22,964 nt of DNA from Candidatus Zixiibacteriota bacterium (GCA_050117845.1 JASFLY010000037.1:1-22964); one strand, 5' to 3'; positions 1 to 9,164 are shown, counted from the stretch's first letter. The notes: a model not told the origin generated them from the letters alone. Program-made: numbers and translations.

Positions 1-523
1 GGCCCGCCAGGACGGCCACGAAGCCCACGGCGCCGGCGGCCATGCCCCAGCGCCCGACGTGGCGCCACCATTTCCGCTTCGTGACGAACAGGCCCAGAAG
101 TACAGCGAAGGCCGCGGCGACGGCCGCCGTCACGCCCCAGAATATGAAGAACGACTTCGGCTCTTCTACGTTGATCGTCCCGCGGCCCAAACCGCCTATG
201 ATGTACCAGGCCAGGCTCGAAGCCAGGATAACGCCGGCGGCCACCGCCGGCCGCCAGCGCGCCGGCCCGGCCGGGAAAACGCCCTTACGCAATATCAGCC
301 GGATTACGGCGACGACGAGGCCGGCGGCGAGCGCCGCCGCCAGTACGACGGCCCCGTAGAATATCATCCGGCCGTACGCGGAGGCCAGAAGGCTGTCCGG
401 TTGCCACGTAGCGGCAGGGGGCCAGAGGCGGTTGATGAGGGCCTCCGACCCGCCCCAGAAAAAGGCCGCGGCCGCAACAAAGGCCGCGCCTGAAAGGGTC
501 CTTTTAATTAAACGCGTTGACAT
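1..523 (-). CDS. 5' part of a membrane-anchored sulfatase-like protein, paralog of 669..2516 (runs off the left edge)
   Basis: Not in the ORF track. Manual translation from ATG at 523 gives MSTRLIKRTLSGAAFVAAAAFFWGGSEALINRLWPPAATWQPDSLLASAYGRMIFYG...VGRWGMAAGAVGFVAVLAG. This aligns with MARIVKKVLAGAAFIAATAFFWGAAETYVNYRWPPRATWHAD...IGKWVRAAGAVLFLAVVVAY of the adjacent gene. Confidence 0.85.
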   Translation of the reverse strand, partial: MSTRLIKRTLSGAAFVAAAAFFWGGSEALINRLWPPAATWQPDSLLASAYGRMIFYGAVVLAAALAAGLVVAVIRLILRKGVFPAGPARWRPAVAAGVILASSLAWYIIGGLGRGTINVEEPKSFFIFWGVTAAVAAAFAVLLGLFVTKRKWWRHVGRWGMAAGAVGFVAVLAG

Positions 524-561
524 TATAATAATAGAGCGCGGGTACCCCGCGCCCTGCCTAT

Positions 562-590
562 ATTAAAACATACCTGCGATGATAGTGCAA
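562..590 (-). promoter_or_regulatory. sigma70-type promoter for the 1..523 gene
   Basis: Minus strand TTGCAC-17 nt-TTTAAT with an extended -10 TG, in an AT-rich intergenic patch. Confidence 0.55.
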
Positions 591-668
591 ATATAAGTTC
601 GGTTTTCTCAGGTATTATTTTACCGACCCCTCCCGTGCCGCCGTCCGTACCGGCGGCACCGCCCGCTT

Positions 669-2516
669 TTATTGGATATACCCGAGGGCGCGGAGGTCGG
701 CCGCGGCCGCGTCGCCGAAACCTTCGTCCTCCGGCCCCCGCCGCGCCGCTTTCCGCCATTGCTTGAGCGCCCGCCGTAAACGACGTTTCTCGGGGCATCC
801 GGGGAGGTTTTCCGTTTCGCCCGGGTCCTCTTCGAGGTTGTAGTATTCGCCCCAGGCGTTCTCCCGCTTGTGAGGGAGAATGAGTTTATAGGGCCACATC
901 ACCACGGCGTTACGGCGTTCGGGTTGCTTTTGGGAGAGTTTGAAGTTGCCGCACCCCATGAAGACGAGCCTGTCTTTATCGATAACGTCGCCGTCCGGCG
1001 TAAGGAAACTCTCGCCCTGCATCGTAGCCGGCGTTTCCCGGCCGGTGTAAGCGAGGATGGACGGCGCGAGGTCGACCAGGCTTATGGGGGTGGTAATAGA
1101 GGCCGCTTCCCTGTCGGGAACGTACGCGAAGAACGGTACTCGCATAAGGTTCTCGTACACGGTCTTCCCGTGGCCGAAGGAGTACTTGCCGTGTTCCCAG
1201 AACTCCTCGCCGTGGTCGGCGGCCACGAACGTTACGGTGCGCGGTTGGGCGGCGAGGCGGGGCAGAAGCGGCGATAATAAATCGTCCATGAAGCGGCATT
1301 CGCCGTCGTAGAGTCGCTTGTAAGCGTCCCCTCGCTTTCGCTTCCGCGGCTGGTAGTCTATCATATACTTCTCGTCCGCGGGGTCGTAGTAGCCGGGGGG
1401 CGGCATGTACGGCCCGTGGGGATCCATGAAGTGCACCCACAGGAAATAGGGCCGGTCGTGTGAGCGGTTCAGGAAAGCGTCCAGCTTGCGCGCCAGAACG
1501 CGGTTGTCCTCCGACGTAGGCTCGCCGTGCATGAGGCCGCGCACGGCCGGGCCGTACCAGTTCGTGTAGTATAAACGAATCGCGTCGGGCAGCGGCTTCC
1601 AGTCGCTAAAATAGAACTCGTCGAAGCCGTCGGTTATGGGGTGGTCCCGGTTCAGGATGCGGTTGCCGCAGTAGCCGACCGTGTCGTAGCCCCCCGCCCG
1701 CAAGATCTGCGCCAGCGTGGGGTTCTTCTCGTCCGCGTGACCCCGAAGCCTCTTTCCGTGCGTATCGGGGTACTGGCCGGTGAACGCCGTACCCATGGCG
1801 GGAAGGGTCCAACTCCCGCAGGTCCAGGCGCGCTCGAAGACCAGGGCGTTCTCCCGGGCGTGGCCGTACATCTTGGGCATGAGTTCCGGGCCGAAGGTGT
1901 CGGCGCGCCAGGCGTCCAATATAACGACTATTACGTTGGGGCCGGCCGGTTTGGGCCGCAGGGCCCGGCCGCCGTGGTACGCGACGACCACAGCAAGGAA
2001 AAGCACGGCCCCCGCCGCCCGCACCCATTTGCCGATACGTTTGGGCCAGGGCCGCTTCCCGAGCGCGAACGTCAGGCCGACCGTTACGGCTACGGCGGCG
2101 ACGGCGATAATACCCCAGTACGCAAAGAACGACCCCGTTTTTTGGACGTCGAAAGCGAGGGGCCCGAGGTGGACAGTATACTTGTCGGCGAGGCCGGGGC
2201 CGATCCACCCGACGTTGGCGGCGACGACGGCCACGAGGGCGGCCACGCCGCCCCAGTTCCTCTTCGCGTCTGCCTGCGGGCGCCGCCGGACCTTCGCCGC
2301 CAGCGCCGTGACGCCCCAGGCGACGAGGGCGATAAGGCCCACCGCCACCGCGTAGAAGATAACGCGGTTGTAGGCCGACGTCAGCCACAGGTCGGCGTGC
2401 CAGGTGGCGCGGGGCGGCCAGCGGTAGTTGACGTACGTCTCCGCGGCGCCCCAGAAAAAGGCCGTCGCTGCGATGAAGGCCGCGCCGGCCAGCACCTTCT
2501 TTACTATCCGCGCCAT
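669..2516 (-). CDS. Sulfatase-like (alkaline phosphatase superfamily) protein with ~5 N-terminal TM helices and Thr at the nucleophile position
   Basis: PNVIVVILDAWRAD, SWTLPAMGTAFTG, FLWVHFMDPHGPY, ADHGEEFWEHG, HGKTVYENLMRVP and a C-terminal LRALGYI. The first ~180 aa are hydrophobic. Confidence 0.88.
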   Translation of the reverse strand: MARIVKKVLAGAAFIAATAFFWGAAETYVNYRWPPRATWHADLWLTSAYNRVIFYAVAVGLIALVAWGVTALAAKVRRRPQADAKRNWGGVAALVAVVAANVGWIGPGLADKYTVHLGPLAFDVQKTGSFFAYWGIIAVAAVAVTVGLTFALGKRPWPKRIGKWVRAAGAVLFLAVVVAYHGGRALRPKPAGPNVIVVILDAWRADTFGPELMPKMYGHARENALVFERAWTCGSWTLPAMGTAFTGQYPDTHGKRLRGHADEKNPTLAQILRAGGYDTVGYCGNRILNRDHPITDGFDEFYFSDWKPLPDAIRLYYTNWYGPAVRGLMHGEPTSEDNRVLARKLDAFLNRSHDRPYFLWVHFMDPHGPYMPPPGYYDPADEKYMIDYQPRKRKRGDAYKRLYDGECRFMDDLLSPLLPRLAAQPRTVTFVAADHGEEFWEHGKYSFGHGKTVYENLMRVPFFAYVPDREAASITTPISLVDLAPSILAYTGRETPATMQGESFLTPDGDVIDKDRLVFMGCGNFKLSQKQPERRNAVVMWPYKLILPHKRENAWGEYYNLEEDPGETENLPGCPEKRRLRRALKQWRKAARRGPEDEGFGDAAAADLRALGYIQ

Positions 2517-2523
2517 TTTCCTC

Positions 2524-3906
2524 TTAGGGGATTTTCTTCCCGATCATATGGCCGGGGACCTCGACGCCCAGCGCCCCCAGTGCGGTGGGGGCCACGTCGT
2601 AGAGGCGCAGGTCGTCGCGGCGGCCCGCCGGTACGCCGGGGCCGGCGTACGCGCATATCCCGTATTGGGCGTGGTTGGCGTCGTCCGGGCCGGTGTCGTT
2701 CTCGTGAACGTGAATCGTCGGGTTGCCCACCGAGCCGATGGACCGCCAGTCGAGATTGCCGAAATAGACGACGAGGTCGGGCGCTACGCCGCCGACCGAG
2801 CGGTACAGCTCCTCGGGCTTGAAGGCCCGGGTGCCGATGCCGGCGCCGTTCTCGTCGGTGATGGCCTCGAGCTTCGCCGCGAGTTCGTCGCGGACCTTCT
2901 CGTAATCCTCCGCCGGGATGATGCCCTGGGGCTCGCGGCCTGCGACGTTGAGGAAACAGCGGCCGTAATATCCGCCGTCGCCCCAAGCCCGCGTCTTCTC
3001 CCAGTCGACGAGGTCGTACTTAAATTTCGTCTTGCCCGCCGGTTTCTCCTTCAGCACGAGATAGCCTTCCTGGATAAGCCAGTCGTTGAAGCAGATGCCG
3101 CCCACCATGGACTTGATGCCGTGGTCGGAGACGATCATGACGTGCGTGTCGTCGGGCAGCACTTCCAGGAACTCGCCGAGCTTGCCGTCGAGGTAGACGT
3201 AGTATTCCTTCAGTTTATTGCGGTAGCGGGGGTCGTCCTCGAAGTTGGGGTGCGTTTCGTCGAAGTACTTCCACATGCCGTGGTGCAGGCGGTCCGGCCC
3301 CATCTCCACGAACATCATAAAGTCCCACGGCTTGTTGGTCGCGAGCCAGCGCGCCGTCGCGAAGCGGTTGGCCGTCATCTTCCACACCTGGTCCAGCAGG
3401 TAGTCCTTGTCGTCGGTGCGGAAGTCGCCCACGTCGATGATGTACTCGCCGAGTTCCGCGATGATCTCGCCCTTGAGGGAGGCGGGATACGTGAACTCGC
3501 TGTCGGTATCGGGGGCCAGGAAGCAGGAGATGAGGTTGCCGTTGACCGGCTTGGGGGGATAACTGGGCGGCACGCCGACGACGATGACCTGTTTGCCGGC
3601 GCGGCCCAGGATGTCCCACGCCGTGTCGACGCGCACGGCCTGCGAGTTGGCGAAGAACAGGCCGTCGTACGAGTGATCGCGGCGGTTGCGGAAGCCGTAG
3701 AAGCCGAGCTGGCCCGGGTCCTGGGAGGTCATCATGCACATCCAGGCGGGGACGGTGATGGCCGGGGTGGTGGACTCCAGCGGCCCCCAGGTCCCGCGCT
3801 CCACTACGGATTTTATGTTGGGGAGGTCGTCGAGCCACTTGTCGAAGACCAGAACGGGGTCGGCGCAGTCGAGGCCGATGACGGCGAATTTGGGGTCGTT
3901 TACCAT
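2524..3906 (-). CDS. Type I phosphodiesterase / nucleotide pyrophosphatase family (AlkP superfamily) protein
   Basis: VIGLDCAD, LESTTPAITVPAWMCMMT (Thr nucleophile), GPDRLHH, IVSDHG and DVAPT. No signal peptide. GGAGA RBS upstream. Confidence 0.85.
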   Translation of the reverse strand: MVNDPKFAVIGLDCADPVLVFDKWLDDLPNIKSVVERGTWGPLESTTPAITVPAWMCMMTSQDPGQLGFYGFRNRRDHSYDGLFFANSQAVRVDTAWDILGRAGKQVIVVGVPPSYPPKPVNGNLISCFLAPDTDSEFTYPASLKGEIIAELGEYIIDVGDFRTDDKDYLLDQVWKMTANRFATARWLATNKPWDFMMFVEMGPDRLHHGMWKYFDETHPNFEDDPRYRNKLKEYYVYLDGKLGEFLEVLPDDTHVMIVSDHGIKSMVGGICFNDWLIQEGYLVLKEKPAGKTKFKYDLVDWEKTRAWGDGGYYGRCFLNVAGREPQGIIPAEDYEKVRDELAAKLEAITDENGAGIGTRAFKPEELYRSVGGVAPDLVVYFGNLDWRSIGSVGNPTIHVHENDTGPDDANHAQYGICAYAGPGVPAGRRDDLRLYDVAPTALGALGVEVPGHMIGKKIP

Positions 3907-4133
3907 ATACTTTCTCCGTTAGAAAGGACGCCGGCGCGGCCGGCGGCTATACATGATAATTACTAGCTTATATAACATATTACGGGGCCGAATGCCAGCT
4001 TTCCGGGTTAACTTTACAACTCGGGTGGTAGCGTGCCCCGGCGGCCACCGGCGTGGCGTCGGCGTAGGCCGGCGCCGCGAGCGTCGCGAAGTTTAGAGGG
4101 AAAATGTGCTGAGGCCGGCGTGGGCCCCGGTCC

Positions 4134-4874
4134 CTATGCGCCGCCGCTTTCCTCCTGCTGCTCCTTCTTGGCGAGGTGCTCAGAGGTAAGTATGCCCACT
4201 ATGCCGCCCACGAGAACGGCGACGAACAGGACGCCTATTATCGACTCCAACACCGACAACACCTGGGTGAGGTGCGTGAGCGGCGTGATGTCGCCGTAGC
4301 CCAGGGTGGTCAGCGTCGCGAAGCTGAAGAGTACGAAGTCGGAGTAGTCGATGAGGCTGTTGGGATTGGTCTGCGTGCTTATATGGAATGAGCCTGGTTG
4401 CAATAACTCTATCCATAGGAACAACATACTGAAGAACAGGCCGATGAGGATGTACGCGCCGACCGCGCCCGCGAGTTCGTCGGGGGTCACCCGCCGGTTG
4501 CGGGCCACCCGGGACAATACCGCGACGGCGGCGAAGGCGTAAAATACCGCCCACCCGGGCACGATGACGTTGTTCAACGAGGGATTTTTCAGGTAGAGGA
4601 TGTCGAGCCACGACAACGCGGCGAACAGGGAGAACACCGTGACTACGGGGACGAACTCCTTTTTCCTCCGGCACACGGCGAAGATGGCCAACAGTAGCGC
4701 CGCCGTCTGGAACAGGTTGAAGACGCTAATGACCTCGGGCTTGTGGACGAAGAAGGGGTAGGCGATCATCAGGGCTACCAGGACGATGAGCAGCCACACC
4801 AGCCGCCCTTCGCCCCGGCGCCCCGGGCAGGGGGCCGGCGGAGGGACTTCGGCCTTACTGGCTTCCTTTTCCAT
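4134..4874 (-). CDS. Potassium channel family protein (Ion_trans_2 pore), 246 aa
   Basis: Pore helix and filter FSFATLTTLGYGDITP, plus several TM helices. Start reassigned to ATG 4874 (MEKEAS...) behind GGAGG, because the longer ORF overlaps sat. Confidence 0.85.
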   Translation of the reverse strand: MEKEASKAEVPPPAPCPGRRGEGRLVWLLIVLVALMIAYPFFVHKPEVISVFNLFQTAALLLAIFAVCRRKKEFVPVVTVFSLFAALSWLDILYLKNPSLNNVIVPGWAVFYAFAAVAVLSRVARNRRVTPDELAGAVGAYILIGLFFSMLFLWIELLQPGSFHISTQTNPNSLIDYSDFVLFSFATLTTLGYGDITPLTHLTQVLSVLESIIGVLFVAVLVGGIVGILTSEHLAKKEQQEESGGA

Positions 4875-4912
4875 TTCGCCTCCGGTTCGCTTTGCGTTTT
4901 CGAGCCCGTCGC

Positions 4913-6070
4913 TTAAGTAGGCCGCTTCGACGCCTCCAACAGAAGTTTCGCGATCTCCGGCCGGGTGAACTCCACCGGCGGCAGTTTGCCCTCTTGCAGC
5001 ATCTCGCGGACCTTGGTCCCGGAGAGGAATACGTGGTCCTCGTTGCCGTGGGGGCAGGTCTTGGTGGAGGCCATGTTGCCGCACTTGGTGCACCAGAAGG
5101 CGTGCTCGAAGAAGAGCGGCGTTATCTCGAGCTTGTCGGGGTCGAACTCCTTGAATATATGTTGCGCATCGTAGGTGCCGTAGTAGTTGCCGACGCCGGC
5201 GTGGTCGCGGCCCACGATGAAGTGGGTGCAGCCGTAGTTCTTCCGGATGATGGCGTGGAAGATGGCCTCCCGCGGGCCGGCGTAGCGCATGGCCGCCGGG
5301 TTGACGACGAGGCATACGCGGTCGGCGGGGTAGTAGCCCTCCATCAATTTTTTATAACACTCCATCCGCACCTCGGCCGAGATGTCGTCGCTCTTGGTCT
5401 CGCCGACGATAGGGTGGATCATCAGGCCGTCGACTATCTCCATGGCGCACTTCTGCAGATACTCGTGGGCGCGGTGGATCGGGTTGCGGGTCTGGAAGCC
5501 GACGACGGTGTCCCAATCCTTCTCGGCGAAGAGGGCCCGGGTCTCGGCCGGCGGGAGGCGGTATTCCTGGAACCGACGGTGGGGGATCGGCCGCGGGAGC
5601 GTTACCGGCCCGCCCAGGAGCACGTCGCACATATTGAGGGTCGCGGCCACGCCCGGGTGGGCCTCGTCGTCCGTCTTGAATACGGCCACGCAGCGTTCCT
5701 GCTTGTCGTACGTGTATTTCTCCTCGACGGACATTATCGCGAGGACGTTCCCGTCGCCGTCGGTGAGAGCGACGTCCTCGCCCAGGGCGATGCCGTCGGC
5801 CACGTCCGGCTCCACGCCGAGCGTGATGGGGATGGTCCAGGGGAGGCCGTTCGCCAGGTGCATGTCCTTGACTACGGCCCGGTAGTCGGCGCCGCTCATG
5901 AACCCGGTTAGGGGGGACAGGGCGCCGGTCCCGATCATCTCCAGGTCGGACGTGGTCCGGTCGTCTATAGTTACCTTGGTGAGGGTTTCCGCACGTTGGA
6001 GTAGGCCGTCGCTTTCGGCCGGGGGGGCGATGCGGTTTATTAGTTCGCCGCCGTGGGGTGCTATCGTCAT
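4913..6070 (-). CDS. sat: Sulfate adenylyltransferase (ATP sulfurylase)
   Basis: PHGG N-terminus, FQTRNPIHRAHEY, MRYAGPREAIFHA, GRDHAGVG, C-x2-C...CPH zinc site and SGTKVREML. Confidence 0.97.
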   Translation of the reverse strand: MTIAPHGGELINRIAPPAESDGLLQRAETLTKVTIDDRTTSDLEMIGTGALSPLTGFMSGADYRAVVKDMHLANGLPWTIPITLGVEPDVADGIALGEDVALTDGDGNVLAIMSVEEKYTYDKQERCVAVFKTDDEAHPGVAATLNMCDVLLGGPVTLPRPIPHRRFQEYRLPPAETRALFAEKDWDTVVGFQTRNPIHRAHEYLQKCAMEIVDGLMIHPIVGETKSDDISAEVRMECYKKLMEGYYPADRVCLVVNPAAMRYAGPREAIFHAIIRKNYGCTHFIVGRDHAGVGNYYGTYDAQHIFKEFDPDKLEITPLFFEHAFWCTKCGNMASTKTCPHGNEDHVFLSGTKVREMLQEGKLPPVEFTRPEIAKLLLEASKRPT

Positions 6071-6124
6071 CGGGACCTCGTTTCTTTGGGGTTAAAAGAG
6101 CAGGTACTTAAAAAACAAACATGA

Positions 6125-6153
6125 AGCATAACATAAGCTACCTTCCCGGTCAA
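6125..6153 (-). promoter_or_regulatory. sigma70-type promoter for sat
   Basis: Minus strand TTGACC-17 nt-TATGCT with an extended -10 TG. Confidence 0.6.
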
Positions 6154-6205
6154 GAAACGCGGGCGTGTTTTCCGGTTTACGAAACCACGGCCCGGTCGTT
6201 CATCT

Positions 6206-6236
6206 AATAAGAAAGCCGGATGTTTCCATCCGGCTT
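6206..6236 (-). terminator. Intrinsic terminator after the 6295..7164 gene
   Basis: Minus strand AAGCCGGATG-GAAA-CATCCGGCTT followed by TCTTATT. Confidence 0.65.
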
Positions 6237-6294
6237 GCGCCCGAGCTCCGGGCGCTGACGGTCCGCGCGTTTTATCCCCGGCCGCGCGAACGTT

Positions 6295-7164
6295 TTAACG
6301 GTAAAGGGCTCGTATTTCCCCGACGGACGCGGGCGTTACGGCGGAACCGACCAATCCGTCGATATCGACTTCGTAGCACCAGATCGAGTCGGCCGTGATC
6401 CAGGCGGCCCAATAAGCGGTGCCGTATAAAGCGGGTTTTGACGATCTCCCGCAACACGCGCCGGAGGCGAAATAGGGTGGCATGGAGAAAGTAGCGACCA
6501 ATGAACCGCTGCCGGAGACGTCTATGATGCAACTCGGCTGGCCGTTGGTCCGGGCGCTGGCGACCATATAAGAACCGGAGCTGCCGAAGGCGACGTCCGA
6601 GAACGCGGCCGCCCCGGTGGTAGCCATGGCTCCCGGCCATCCGGCGTAGGTGACCGAGCCGACGAGAGAGCCGGCGGTCGTATAACGGTTAAACCGGCCG
6701 GTGCTCCAGTGGTCGGTCACTTCGTAATACGTTCCCGTCCACATAACGTCCTGCAGCGTGCCGCCCGACGGGGCCGTAACGGAAAAAGACGTTATTGCGT
6801 TCCCGCCCCGCGCCCGAAAAACGTAAAGGCGGGAGGTCTCCGAATCGACAACCGAGAAGTAAGCGTTGCCCAGGTGGGCGAGGTCGCCGCCACGAGGGGT
6901 CCCGGTTCCGTTGAGATTATACGAGCGAACGTACGTACCGTTATATTGATAGCGGTACAGGTAATCCTGGCCCGAAGTAACGAATATAGCCGACAGGTAG
7001 TTGTCGCCCGGGTAAAGGCCCGAGGCGTACGGGTCGGCGTAGCCGCTTAAACGGAAGGACGAGATGATGGAACCGGTATCGGCTACCGCGCCGGCCGTCC
7101 AACCCAGCGCCGCTACGATCGACAATGCTATAATCGGGTACGAAATAAACTTCGACGTACGCAC
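6295..7164 (-). CDS. Exported predicted 5-bladed beta-propeller protein with the conserved C-terminal tail (..SAVTPASVGEIRALYR), 289 aa
   Basis: GTG at 7164 behind AAGGAGG. Signal peptide ends ..AGAVA. Five G(S/T/N)xxx(S/T)(F/Y/V) blade repeats. Paralog of 9316..10209 (shared PYAxG, GTxTPRGxDxxHLGxxY, RYTTxGS, GWP, GQP). Confidence 0.8.
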   Translation of the reverse strand: MRTSKFISYPIIALSIVAALGWTAGAVADTGSIISSFRLSGYADPYASGLYPGDNYLSAIFVTSGQDYLYRYQYNGTYVRSYNLNGTGTPRGGDLAHLGNAYFSVVDSETSRLYVFRARGGNAITSFSVTAPSGGTLQDVMWTGTYYEVTDHWSTGRFNRYTTAGSLVGSVTYAGWPGAMATTGAAAFSDVAFGSSGSYMVASARTNGQPSCIIDVSGSGSLVATFSMPPYFASGACCGRSSKPALYGTAYWAAWITADSIWCYEVDIDGLVGSAVTPASVGEIRALYR

Positions 7165-7204
7165 CGAATCCTCCTTGCAATAGTCGGTAGATACGTTCAT
7201 CCCT

Positions 7205-7233
7205 ATTATGGCAGAAATCGGGTGTGACGTCAA
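7205..7233 (-). promoter_or_regulatory. sigma70-type promoter, leftward member of a divergent pair
   Basis: Minus strand TTGACG-17 nt-CATAAT. Confidence 0.65.
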
Positions 7234-7250
7234 ACGTGATTTCCGGCGGC

Positions 7251-7279
7251 TTGTTATCGTCGCCGCCGTATGCTAAAAT
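7251..7279 (+). promoter_or_regulatory. sigma70-type promoter, rightward member of a divergent pair
   Basis: TTGTTA-17 nt-TAAAAT with an extended -10 TG. Confidence 0.55.
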
Positions 7280-7337
7280 CCCCGGTGGGTGCTTTTCTTT
7301 AGTCGGAATATAACGGAATTCAAGGAGGAACCTTATA

Positions 7338-9164
7338 ATGTCGAAAAAGCTTTTTTCCGTATCCGTTTACGGCCTCATGTTGTCGGCGATGCTGTCGGCC
7401 GCCGGGTGCGTCCCCGCCGCCGAAGAGGTGGTCGCTACGGTGGACGGCGAGCACGAGATAACGGCCTCGGACGTCATTTATTATTACGAGCGGAGTACCG
7501 AAGCCGGTACGATACCGGCGTATCGGCCTCTTGAGGATAGCGTCAACGGAATCGTCGAAGCGGCGGTTACGGGCAAGATTCTCGAACTCGAGGCCGAGGC
7601 GCGCGGCCTGGCCGACGACCCGGCTATCGAGAGTCAACTCTCCGGGTTCGGCAGCCAGACCCTCGTGGATATGATGTTCTCGAGTATAGCGGATTCCGTC
7701 CCCGTGAAGCCGGTCGAAGTCCTGGATTATTACGAAAAAAGCCGGAAACGCAGGATGTATTCGTTCATCGAAACGGAGGACGCGCCTACGGCGGAGGCCG
7801 CGTACGCGGCGCTTGAAGCCGGAACGCCGTGGGAGGAAGTGGTGAAGGAGTACTCCTCCTTCAAGGCGTATACGGGGGAAGGCGGGAAATGGGATGCGCC
7901 GATGGAGTACGGCGTCGACGCGGACTCAAAAAGCCTGTTCGCCCTGGAAGAGGTCGGCGACTACACCGGCGTGGTGTATAACGACGATACTATCGAATGG
8001 AGAATATATCGGCTCGACCGCTTGGTTCACGGCGACGGCCGGACGTACGAAGAGGCCGCGCCCGACATCGAGGTTTTTCTGCAGCAGAAGAAAACGCGCG
8101 AGCGCTTCCAGGAACTCGCCGCCGGTTGGCGCAAGAGCGTACCGATAAAGCGCAACGAGGAACTCTGGCAGGATATTATAACCGGACCCGCGGAGGTTTT
8201 ATGGAGGGACCGCGTCGGAAAGGGTTTGGTTATCTCGGACGTGGGCGGTATACCGGTTAAGTACGACATCTTGTGGGATTTGATGAATAAATATTTCGGC
8301 CTCCCCCCCTCGGAAATCGATGCATTCCGCGCGAGAACCCCCGACCGGTACGAGCGAATTTGGGACAGCCACTTGCGCGACTTCGAGGCGCTGGCCCTGG
8401 CCGAGTATCAGGCCCGGCGGGAAGGGTTCGACAATACCGCCGCCTTCCGGCACGCGATGGCCTCTTATCGCGCCGCGACCTTAATCGACGCCTTGTATCG
8501 GCGGGAGTTGGAAGCGTCGTTGCCGCTTCCCACCGATGAAGAAATCGTGGCTTTTTACGAAGCCCACCGGGATAATTTCCTCGCCGCCGAGGTCGTGGAG
8601 GTCTACGTGGTCGCGATGCCGGATAGGGCGGAACTCGATGCGTTCTACCGAAAAATAAAGGACGGGGGCGATATAGTTATCGACGGCGAGGCTCGAAACC
8701 GGGCGCGCGAGAAAGAGATGCAGGAAATGTACGAGCTCCCTCCCAACCTTCCTCCGGAGCAGACGGAATGGTTGGGCGTGGTCGAAGTGGGCCGCGACCC
8801 GACGAGGCCTAACGCGCCGTTGGAGACGCCGCTGGCCGCGGAGTTGAGATTACGCGTGTTCCCGTTCGCCGGCCTGGGCGTTCTGAGCGAAGTGTTCCAG
8901 CTGGAGGACGGCCGGTGGGCGTTTTACCAGCCCATTTACTACAAACCGGGGGAGCAGCTAGGCCTGGACGACCCCAACGTGGTCTACCACTGCCGTAAAG
9001 AGGTGTTCGCCGCTCGCGTGACGTCGCCGGAAACGTTGGCGATGACCGAAGAATGGATGAACACTCTGAAGGCCCGGCACGACGTAGTTCTGAATGAAGA
9101 CGCGATAGGCCGAGTGGTGGCGGAGTTGCGCGAGAGGAATGCGGAGCGGCGCGCGGAGGAATAA
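7338..9164 (+). CDS. SurA/PrsA/PpiC (parvulin)-like lipoprotein foldase with a duplicated architecture
   Basis: AAGGAGG RBS and lipobox-like LSAAG-C. SurA-N-like VVATVDGEHEITASDV and a second copy ISDVGGIPV. EVLDYYE / EEIVAFYEAHRDNF, WEEVVKEYS..GG and W..LKARHDVVLNE are typical of this family. Confidence 0.72.
   Translation: MSKKLFSVSVYGLMLSAMLSAAGCVPAAEEVVATVDGEHEITASDVIYYYERSTEAGTIPAYRPLEDSVNGIVEAAVTGKILELEAEARGLADDPAIESQLSGFGSQTLVDMMFSSIADSVPVKPVEVLDYYEKSRKRRMYSFIETEDAPTAEAAYAALEAGTPWEEVVKEYSSFKAYTGEGGKWDAPMEYGVDADSKSLFALEEVGDYTGVVYNDDTIEWRIYRLDRLVHGDGRTYEEAAPDIEVFLQQKKTRERFQELAAGWRKSVPIKRNEELWQDIITGPAEVLWRDRVGKGLVISDVGGIPVKYDILWDLMNKYFGLPPSEIDAFRARTPDRYERIWDSHLRDFEALALAEYQARREGFDNTAAFRHAMASYRAATLIDALYRRELEASLPLPTDEEIVAFYEAHRDNFLAAEVVEVYVVAMPDRAELDAFYRKIKDGGDIVIDGEARNRAREKEMQEMYELPPNLPPEQTEWLGVVEVGRDPTRPNAPLETPLAAELRLRVFPFAGLGVLSEVFQLEDGRWAFYQPIYYKPGEQLGLDDPNVVYHCRKEVFAARVTSPETLAMTEEWMNTLKARHDVVLNEDAIGRVVAELRERNAERRAEE

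Noticed and set aside
2428..3966. Long antisense ORFs (512 aa here; also 1641..2822, 4892..5911, 18817..19890 and 20020..21048) and the alternate-frame ORF 19476..20654
   Set aside because: These are shadow ORFs expected from high-GC codon bias over well-supported genes, with no recognizable motifs.
4875..5315. N-terminal extension of the K+ channel (393-aa ORF)
   Set aside because: It overlaps sat in another frame and reads as shadow sequence. A good GGAGG + ATG exists at 4874.
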